64,000 bases of DNA from Schizochytrium sp. TIO01. Its lineage: Eukaryota > Protista > Bigyra: Labyrinthulomycetes. This document shows positions 56,180 to 64,000 of the stretch, in pieces. The position numbers were made by a program, and so were the translations under genes. The DNA is taken from positions 1,178,001-1,242,000 of the forward strand of contig SMSO01000025.1 in the NCBI GenBank assembly GCA_004764695.1, written 5' to 3'. Under the pieces are notes generated by a model, which saw nothing but the letters and a program-made list of their open reading frames with translations, made no database searches and was not told the origin of the DNA. The number at the start of each line of letters is the position of its first letter. Position 1 is the stretch's first letter.

Positions 56180-58684
56180 ATGCTGTCTCGTCCTCGTGGC
56201 GCAAGGCTCTCCTCGCTGTGGTCTCGGGGCCTTCGCGCCCTGAGCTCTGGCCCTTCGGGTGCCGAAAGCTTAACTTTGACTGATGTTGACCGCAAGTGGC
56301 AGACTTTATGGGCAGAGAAAAACAAGCATGGCGCTGCGGGCGTCCGCGATGACAACACTTCTCAAACTTCATCCATGTCGAGCAAAGATTCCAAGTACAT
56401 CTTGTGCATGTTTCCATACCCATCTGGAGACCTCCATATGGGCCACGTACGTGTTTACGCTATCGGAGATGTTCTCGCCAGAGCTGCGAGAATGCAAGGC
56501 CATGATGTACTGTTCCCTATGGGCTGGGACGCATTTGGACTGCCTGCAGAAAATGCAGCCCGAGAGCGCAATGTGAGTCCTCGGGATTGGACTGAGAACA
56601 ATATTGCGTCCATGAAGAAGCAGCTTCAAGGCCTCGGTATTGCCTTTGACTGGGAACACGAGCTTGCCACATGCAAGCCGGACTACTACAAGTGGACTCA
56701 GTGGCTTTTCTTGCGTCTTCATAGCGCCGGTCTTGCATACCTAGCAGATGCCACTGTGAATTGGGACCCGGTGGATAAAACTGTTCTTGCCAATGAGCAG
56801 GTAGATTCAGAAGGTCGTTCATGGCGCTCAGGCGCTGTTGTGGAGAAACGTGAGCTGCGCCAGTGGTTTTTGGAGATTACTAAGTATCAAGACGATCTCC
56901 TCGACGGACTGGACACCCTCGGAAATGGCTGGCCGGACCTTGTTCGGAATGCACAACGCAACTGGATTGGCCGCTCTGAAGGTGCTTCAATCACTTTCGA
57001 GATGTCCGAGGGTACTGATGCTGTCACAGTTTTCACCACACGCCCTGATACACTCTCCGGGGTGACCTTTTTGGCGCTCTCTCCAAAGCATTCCATTGCG
57101 CAGAGGCTAGCAGAGGGAAATCCTGAGATGAAGGCAGCCCTGGCTAGTCTCGACGGCGCCGAAGGTCCTCAGGGCATTCGCTTGCCAATTGAAGCCAAGC
57201 TTCAACTCACTGGAGAGAACGTACCTGTTTTTGCGGCATCTTACGTTCTGGACGAGTACGGCGAGGGCGCTGTGATGGGTGTGCCCGCCGAGGATGAGCG
57301 CGATGCTCGTTTTGCAGAGGCCCACGATCTCGAGGTTCGTGACATTAATCCCACTTACGATGACCGCATTGCGGAGGTTACTACTCCGACCAAGACATAT
57401 AAGCTGCGCGACTGGCTTGTCTCACGTCAGCGCGGTTGGGGTGCCCCGATTCCCATCATCCACTGCGACTCTTGCGGTCCTGTACGTGTTCCTGAAGCTG
57501 ACCTTCCCGTAGTTCGTCCTTATGACCAACAAGAGGCAGAGGCCTGGGCAGAAGAGGCAACATGCCCTAATTGTGGTGGCAAGCATGCACGCCGTGACCT
57601 TGACACTTTAGATACTTTTGTTGACTCGTCATGGTACTTTCTGCGCTTCTGTGACTCCTTGAACGATAAGGCAGCCTTTGACCCGGCCAGAGTGCAGGAG
57701 TGGATGGGTACCAAGGGTGTCAGCCAGTATATTGGCGGTGTGGAGCACGCTATCTTGCACCTGTTGTACTCTCGATTTATCAATCGTTTCTTGAATAGCG
57801 AAGGCCTAGTCAGCTGTGTCGAGCCTTTTGATAAGCTTCTCACTCAAGGTATGGTACTTGGTAAGACACGTAAGTGTACCAAGACCGGCCGCTACCTGAA
57901 AGCTCACGAGGTCAGCGAGGGTGATGAGATCGACTATGTGTGGGAAAAAATGTCCAAGTCCAAATATAACGGAGTCAGCCCAGTTGATCTCTTGAGTACC
58001 GTTGGCGCTGATGTTTCTCGTTTGGCAATTCTTTTTGCTACCGCTCCCGAGGCCGAGCTGGCTTGGGATGATGCAGCGCTTGCAGGTCAGGTTCGCTGGC
58101 TGCGTCGCATCTATGCTTCTATTGAAAACCTCGCTAACCCTACTCAACAAGAGGCTAGCGCTCCGGGGGATGCCACGGCTAACGCAGAACTCAACAAAAT
58201 GATCCACAAGACCATTTTCGATGTTTCTGAGCAGATTAACACTCGCTACCACTTGAATGTTGCGATTGCGTCTTTGATGAAGCTATCCAATGCGCTTTCT
58301 GACTTTGACCAAGCCTCTTACCGCCTGAAGCTCGAAGCTCTCAATGTGTTGGTACGCATGCTTGCGCCCTTTGCGCCGCACATTACTGAAGAATACTGGG
58401 AGATGCTCAATAGCGGCCAGCGTGGATCTGTCCATGATCAAGCGTGGCCCGTGGGCGACCTTGAGGTTGTCAACAAGGTAACCTCCATCAATGTGGTGGT
58501 GCAGATCCGTGGCAAGAAGCGCGCGGTTCTTGACATTTCTTGTGATCCAGTCATGCCTACCGAGGCCGACATCCTCGCCGCTGCCAAAGCTGCCCTTGAC
58601 GAGAAACTTGATAGCGAAAAGGTCCGCAAGGAGATTGTCGTGTTTCCCAAGAAGGATCGCTGTATCGTCAACATTGTCATCTAA
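56180..58684 (+). CDS. LARS2: Leucyl-tRNA synthetase, bacterial-type, mitochondrial
   Basis: 834 aa. Arg/Ser-rich transit-like N-terminus; MFPYPSGDLHMGH, GWDAFGLPAENAA, TVLANEQV, LRDWLVSRQRGWG, DTLDTFVDSSWY, GGVEHA, KMSKS. Confidence 0.96.
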   Translation: MLSRPRGARLSSLWSRGLRALSSGPSGAESLTLTDVDRKWQTLWAEKNKHGAAGVRDDNTSQTSSMSSKDSKYILCMFPYPSGDLHMGHVRVYAIGDVLARAARMQGHDVLFPMGWDAFGLPAENAARERNVSPRDWTENNIASMKKQLQGLGIAFDWEHELATCKPDYYKWTQWLFLRLHSAGLAYLADATVNWDPVDKTVLANEQVDSEGRSWRSGAVVEKRELRQWFLEITKYQDDLLDGLDTLGNGWPDLVRNAQRNWIGRSEGASITFEMSEGTDAVTVFTTRPDTLSGVTFLALSPKHSIAQRLAEGNPEMKAALASLDGAEGPQGIRLPIEAKLQLTGENVPVFAASYVLDEYGEGAVMGVPAEDERDARFAEAHDLEVRDINPTYDDRIAEVTTPTKTYKLRDWLVSRQRGWGAPIPIIHCDSCGPVRVPEADLPVVRPYDQQEAEAWAEEATCPNCGGKHARRDLDTLDTFVDSSWYFLRFCDSLNDKAAFDPARVQEWMGTKGVSQYIGGVEHAILHLLYSRFINRFLNSEGLVSCVEPFDKLLTQGMVLGKTRKCTKTGRYLKAHEVSEGDEIDYVWEKMSKSKYNGVSPVDLLSTVGADVSRLAILFATAPEAELAWDDAALAGQVRWLRRIYASIENLANPTQQEASAPGDATANAELNKMIHKTIFDVSEQINTRYHLNVAIASLMKLSNALSDFDQASYRLKLEALNVLVRMLAPFAPHITEEYWEMLNSGQRGSVHDQAWPVGDLEVVNKVTSINVVVQIRGKKRAVLDISCDPVMPTEADILAAAKAALDEKLDSEKVRKEIVVFPKKDRCIVNIVI

Positions 58685-59165
58685 ACAAGATGCACGGGTA
58701 TTCTTCACAACATATTATTTCTGCGCTCTTCAAAGCTATTGAAGGGTGTTTCTGTTAAGGCTATCGTTAAGGTTCTTATTGGTACCAAATGGTAAATCAT
58801 TCATGCACACAATCATCAACCAAAAAGTTAATCTAATATTTTTAAATTGACAAACAACAAAGTGCGAGCAAACCTTGAGGCTGATCTCAGTTTTGAAGAT
58901 TGAAATCGTCGATCATGCCCTGCTTGTGATGTAAAATGCCGCATCACGTTTCAAGTATTTTGACCTACAGCTGAACCTCACTACCAATAATATTATTGTC
59001 TATAATTATTATGGGTAAGATCGTCTGTGTGATTTCAAGCGAGCCTAAGGCTGAACATAACTCAAATGTTGATGAGAAATTGTCTTCTGTACGCACATCT
59101 CCAAAGTGATCTTACTATAGTATGTTTATATGAATCATTGCGCAATCGTTCATCATATCAGAAAA

Positions 59166-59239
59166 GCTTGTATAGCTCAGCTGGTTAGAGCGTGGAGCTA
59201 ATAACTCCAAGGTCCTGGGTTCGATCCCCAGTGCGAGTA
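59166..59239 (+). tRNA. tRNA-Ile(AAU) copy 1
   Basis: Cloverleaf: D arm GCTC/GAGC, anticodon arm TGGAG-CTAATAA-CTCCA, T arm CTGGG-TTCGATC-CCCAG, followed by an oligo-T Pol III terminator. Confidence 0.95.
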
Positions 59240-59345
59240 AAGCTTTCTTTTTTTGCACGGATGATATGTCTTTTTCAGTTTTAGTAAATTATTCGTATCA
59301 ACAGAATAGATAGATCCAATCAACATCGAAGAACATATCAGAAAA

Positions 59346-59419
59346 GCTTGTATAGCTCAGCTGGTTAGAGCGTGGAGCTAATAACTCCAAGGTCCTGGGT
59401 TCGATCCCCAGTGCGAGTA
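59346..59419 (+). tRNA. tRNA-Ile(AAU) copy 2
   Basis: Identical 74-nt sequence 180 bp downstream of copy 1, followed by a T-run terminator. Confidence 0.95.
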
Positions 59420-59968
59420 AGCTTTCTTTTTTTTCTTTTTCAAGAAAATAAAATTTGTCGTACCTTCATCTTCTCATTGGCATTCTTTTTTGATGTATTC
59501 CTGCATATACTTCGAGCCTGAGAGAGAAACTTTCTTCTGCCAGTTCGATAGCAGGCATAGAAAGTATCAGTGGAGAAGCAGTATGCTCTATGATGTGAAA
59601 GATGAATCTACCTGCATACAGAGGAATATTCCGATTAATCCTTTTACCAGTGTAAACAAGTTTTGGGGGCCTGAGAATAGAGAACGTAATTCCTTGGATA
59701 CACGATCTCGAGCTTCGTTTGCTATGTGTAGTCTTTCCAAATGACGTGCTTACCAATGTATTCCTGCCTGGTTTGGATTGGGTAGAGAGTAGCTCCTTTA
59801 AAATGACTCGACCTGCTTAAAGATTTCCCAAGACAAGTTCTAAAGCTTGTACACCTGCATTCTCCTACTTTTAGTAATAATTTGGAAAACCACAAATCAG
59901 CAAAAAACTTAATGATACAGAGTATATGAAGTAACTTTGATTTTGTCTGAACAGTTCTGTTCAACAAG

Positions 59969-60042
59969 GCTTGTATAGCTCAGCTGGTTAGAGCGTGGAG
60001 CTAATAACTCCAAGGTCCTGGGTTCGATCCCCAGTGCGAGTA
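59969..60042 (+). tRNA. tRNA-Ile(AAU) copy 3
   Basis: Identical 74-nt sequence, followed by a T-run terminator. Confidence 0.95.
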
Positions 60043-61518
60043 AGTCTTATTTTTTTAATTAAAAAAAACGTAAAGATGGAGACTATATATTCAATAGTAT
60101 TTTTGTTATTATCATTATTATTAATGAGAATATGCTTCCCAGGGTGTACGTTGTACGTGTAGTTGATGAACGATTACTAATTACAGATGAGCTAGGCCAT
60201 GGTAGATTTTGTTTTTTTTAAGTAAAGAAAGAGAGACTAGTTAACTCTAAATAATTGAACCCTCCTGAAAGCAAAGTAAATTGTGAGAGTGCATGGCACT
60301 CTAAGAACTGAGAAATGCACACTACAAATCTTGGTCCAGAGTTGTAGCGCAAATCTCATTTGAAAATTTTAAAAGCAGAATTGACTCAATGGTTCACTTT
60401 TCAAGAGCTACAAAGCGTGTATTTAATTAAGCTTGGCTGAGGTTTTAAGATATTCTCTAAACTAAAAGCAAATCATAATACTCGTGCTGAGGCTGAGGAA
60501 CACAATGGACTAGGCTAAGTTTACAATGTAACATACTCAAGCTTAAAATTGATACCTCTGCCCACCTCTCCGCCTCTCCACCTTCATTGCTCAACTGAAT
60601 TCACATTTTTCTATTAAATTTTAGACAATCATGCACCCTGAAATTCAGATTGTGAAGCGAAGTCTCAAAACCTACCGTACTCTTATGAAAGCACAGTCAA
60701 CTTGCACACCATTAATGATATAGTGTGGATTATCGTGCATTTGTGAAGGTCCTAATATGAACATCAAGCTCGATACATTTTACTTTGCGGTTTTACTGTC
60801 TTTAAATGCGAAGCTCTCAATTGTTATTGGGTTCGTTTTAGTTTTGCTGATATAGTCTATGAAATATGACAAAAGTACTATCCTTCATGTAAGAAAAACT
60901 TCCGAGATTTGAATTTTAGAACTCTAGAGACAGGCTCCACAAGAAATCCATTTGATAAACTTCTTCTTGTATTCTTGTGCTCCTGATCTGAAGACTGGAG
61001 CGGATCTTGACATCACAGTTTCCTAAATGCTATGTCAACCTAGATACTCACAATTATAGATTGCTCTGACATAAGGGAATTTTTTAAAATCAAATCCCAG
61101 GGACGTTTTCATGCACATATTATTCATGCGCGAATTCACAAAGACCTTACTGAGATATTCTCATTGAGACAAATGGGCATTGGAGAGGCAATTGTCTGTA
61201 ACGAGGAGCCAAGTACCCCAAGATCATAGGCTCGATAGGTATCTCCGACGGAATGAATGTTTGAGAAAGAGTTTGCAAGTGCAAAAGGGGCTTATTAGCA
61301 AGGTATAAATCAAAGGCGGGCGAGAGCAACAAGTATTTCCAGTTCTGCTTTAGGCAGTGGCAAATAAGCACATAGGTTTGAGCTATAATAAGATTATTGC
61401 ATTTTAACATAAAGATAACATAAGCTCAAAATTGAATTATAGATTTTGCCATGTACGATCTACATGACTCACAGCCGCAGTTTCATGCTCATTCAATGGC
61501 TTCTGTCGCGTCTTTCGC

Positions 61519-61875
61519 TTAGAGATCACGCTCAGTAATGAGAATGAGGTGGTATCCAAACTGAGTCTTCACAGGGCCGTGCACAACGCCAACTTCATAG
61601 TCCTTGCCAAAGACGACATCGTTGAACTCGGGCACCATCTGGCCAGGTCCAAACGAACCGAGAGCGCCTCCACGGCCCTTGCTCGGGCATTTGGAGTGCT
61701 GCTTAGCAAGGTCGGCGAAATCTTCGCCCTCGGCGACACGGTCCTTGAGCTTCAAGGCTTCGTCTTCAGTGGGCACGAGGATATGGGAAGCGCTAGCCTT
61801 GGCAGCCTGAGTCGGCACCATCACAAAGGCAGCCAAGACGGCGGCGAGGAGAGCGAGAAAGGCCCACGAACGCAT
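61519..61875 (-). CDS. Parvulin (PpiC/Par10-type) peptidyl-prolyl isomerase with signal peptide
   Basis: MRSWAFLALLAAVLAAFVMVPTQA leader, then ASASHILV, FADLAKQHSKCPS, GGALGSFGPGQMVPEF, HGPVKTQFGYHLI. Strong codon bias. Confidence 0.93.
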   Translation of the reverse strand: MRSWAFLALLAAVLAAFVMVPTQAAKASASHILVPTEDEALKLKDRVAEGEDFADLAKQHSKCPSKGRGGALGSFGPGQMVPEFNDVVFGKDYEVGVVHGPVKTQFGYHLILITERDL

Positions 61876-62380
61876 TGTTCCTTGCAAGTTAAGTAAGTTC
61901 TTGACTTTGAGGAATAAGATTTAATCTGAGCTCTGGTCTGCTTATCGAAGAGAATATTGCCAATGTAGTAGACAGAGTTTTACGAACAAGAGATATACAG
62001 TTTATGACCCATGAGTGAGTTCATGTTCATGTTCATCATTCATCGCAAGGAAGTTAGTCAAGGCTTTGTGTCTTTTGCCGATTTCACCGTGGGGATTATG
62101 ACGGTGGTAAAGCATGGCAGTCTCGGGGTATGCTCAGAGGAAAGGCGGCGCACGTACGTTGTGTAGGAAACTCTCTCTAGTTGATGATACGATTCTGCTT
62201 CTACGTCGCAACGTTTTCTTTGATTCTTTCTTGCTAGAGTATCATTTTCAAAGAACAATATGACATAGACGAAACTGTAGACCCAAGTAGAATCATCTGG
62301 TGCTCCTTACTTCACAAGGATAGAGTATTCTCGCTGCTAAAGTTTCCTGCAGCGGGATCCTTCCCAACCTGACTCTTCCG

Positions 62381-62441
62381 TTTGAAGTGGAAACGGGGTT
62401 TGAAGTGGAAACGGGGTTTGAAGTGGAAACGGGGTTTGAAG
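62381..62441. repeat. 18-bp tandem repeat TTTGAAGTGGAAACGGGG x3.4
   Basis: Three perfect copies plus a partial copy. Confidence 0.95.
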
Positions 62442-62587
62442 AACTACTCTTGATCAAGCTTAATGCGTTTGATAGCCGGAATATTCATGGATGGCCTTTG
62501 GCGCCTTGTTTCACCAGCGTGTCTGAAAATGGCCAGGTGGCGTCCAAAAACGCATTTAAAGACGTCACGAAAATTTTTATACATGCC

Positions 62588-63829
62588 ATGGAAATCAAAA
62601 TTGGAATGATCATGAACTCCGAAGCGCGATCAAAATTGCACCTAGCTCGAGAGGAAATTGCTGAGGCAATTGGCGTGCTCGAGGCTCACATCCGAGAGCG
62701 CTGGGGGGCTGCGAGGTCCTTTGCAGATGGCGAAGAGGAGGAGGAGGATGACGAAGAGGAGGAGGAGGAGGCCGCTTGTGAGCCCAGGTCAATAAAAGGT
62801 GGCTCTAAACGCCCTCGAGAAGACGTTGCCAAAGTAACTACGGATGGACATTCCGTTGATCCAGACATGGAAGAGGATAACGATGAAGATGAAGATGATG
62901 GTGAGAATGACGACGAGAACTTCACTCTGAAAAAGATATTCCCAGGAGGTCGCTTCGCAAACGCGGATGCCATGCAATGGTACATGAATGCAGTTCCAGC
63001 TTCTGGGTTCGTACCATGGACCTCTGCGGCAGTCCGCAGACTTATCAATGCAGCACATGATTATGCGGAGGACTGGGAAAAGGTACAGCGTCGCCAATTT
63101 CCAGGTTATTCTGTGCAAAGTCTTAAGCTACGACATGCTTACGAGGTGTGTCGGGCTCAGGATGGACCTTTTACAAAAGCGCAAGACAAGTCACTGCGGG
63201 AAATTGCAAAGCGTCATAGGGAACGTTGTTGGGATCTCATCAGCAAAGAGTTTAACGAAGCGCACGATACGCAATACACAGAATGGGCTTGCTTAGAGCA
63301 GTTCGTGCGTAAAAAGGCACCTGCTTCATTTTCAAGCCTTGATGACGAGAAGTTAACAAAATTGGTCCAGGCCTTCGGAGATGGAGATTGGCAACTTATT
63401 GCTGAATTGATGCAAACCTTCACGGCACGTCAGTGTGCAGCAAGGTATCGCGAGCATCTTGAAGCTCGACAAGAGGTGGCGGAACACCGGGCGAGAACTC
63501 CCTGGACATCTCTTGAGGATGACCGTTTGCAGCGCTGCGTCGGCGCGTACGGTGAAAACTGGACCCTTATTCAAAAACACTTGCCGGGCCGGTCCGCTAT
63601 GCAATGTAGAGAGCGATGGAAAAATGTTCTCGATACATCATTGAACAAGTCTGCTTGGACGTCTGCTGAGGACACTTTGTTGCAGCAGCTTGTAGCTAAG
63701 CATGGTGCTGGTAAATGGAGTAAGATTGCGAAAGAGCTCAGCGCTCATCAACAACATATCGGCCACGGAGCACGGACGCCAACAATGTGTCGAAAGCGCA
63801 TGGCAACTTTGGCGCCTTTAGCTAAATGA
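62588..63829 (+). CDS. Multi-Myb-repeat protein, SNAPC4/SNAP190-like
   Basis: Five Myb-like units (WTSAA, FTKAQD, FSSLDD, WTSLED, WTSAED) with LPGRSAMQCRERW and an acidic N-terminal region. First in-frame ATG is at 62588; the true start is uncertain. Confidence 0.75.
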   Translation: MEIKIGMIMNSEARSKLHLAREEIAEAIGVLEAHIRERWGAARSFADGEEEEEDDEEEEEEAACEPRSIKGGSKRPREDVAKVTTDGHSVDPDMEEDNDEDEDDGENDDENFTLKKIFPGGRFANADAMQWYMNAVPASGFVPWTSAAVRRLINAAHDYAEDWEKVQRRQFPGYSVQSLKLRHAYEVCRAQDGPFTKAQDKSLREIAKRHRERCWDLISKEFNEAHDTQYTEWACLEQFVRKKAPASFSSLDDEKLTKLVQAFGDGDWQLIAELMQTFTARQCAARYREHLEARQEVAEHRARTPWTSLEDDRLQRCVGAYGENWTLIQKHLPGRSAMQCRERWKNVLDTSLNKSAWTSAEDTLLQQLVAKHGAGKWSKIAKELSAHQQHIGHGARTPTMCRKRMATLAPLAK

Positions 63830-64000
63830 ATATGGTTCCATCATCAGAATTGTACAAAATGTCTAGTATATCAAACGGAATTCTAAATTAGTGTAACTTA
63901 GTCTTTATAAGAGCAACCTATATATTTATACATTGTTTAGTTTTGACTCATTATAAATTTACCAATAGGATGCAGGTCAAAAAAAGTAAATATGGATATT

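Noticed and set aside
59466-59967. ORFs between tRNA copies 2 and 3, considered as a tRNA-targeting insertion
   Set aside because: Both flanking tRNAs are intact, and no transposase or RT motifs or TSD are seen.
59166-62441. Repeats considered as a CRISPR array
   Set aside because: They are tRNA genes and a spacerless tandem repeat; the context is eukaryotic with no cas genes.

Overview
Eukaryotic, intron-poor, gene-dense nuclear DNA. Gene content, codon style and microsatellite-rich intergenic DNA suggest a non-photosynthetic stramenopile such as a thraustochytrid; this is inference only. About 16 protein genes are supported: the 3' end of a Nup50-like RanBD gene, an atypical aldehyde dehydrogenase, neutral ceramidase, spliced RPS13, a multi-pass membrane protein, a lipase, a disordered protein, PPIL3-type cyclophilin, an ankyrin protein, an alpha/beta esterase, a GAF-GAF-PAS class III adenylate cyclase, Ku80, a 1141-aa unknown protein, an EF-hand/NDT-like protein, mitochondrial LeuRS, a signal-peptide parvulin and a SNAPC4-like Myb protein. 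There are also three identical tRNA-Ile(AAU) genes and a decayed DDE transposase whose motifs match the Dada superfamily. The best novelty candidate is the 1141-aa protein. It joins a Cys/His, basic, putative DNA-binding domain to a C-terminal FABP/lipocalin-like domain, so it may be a lipid-sensing transcription factor, and it lies behind a ~5.7-kb gene-free upstream region. No CRISPR array or rRNA was seen. All family calls come from motif recognition; no database search was run.
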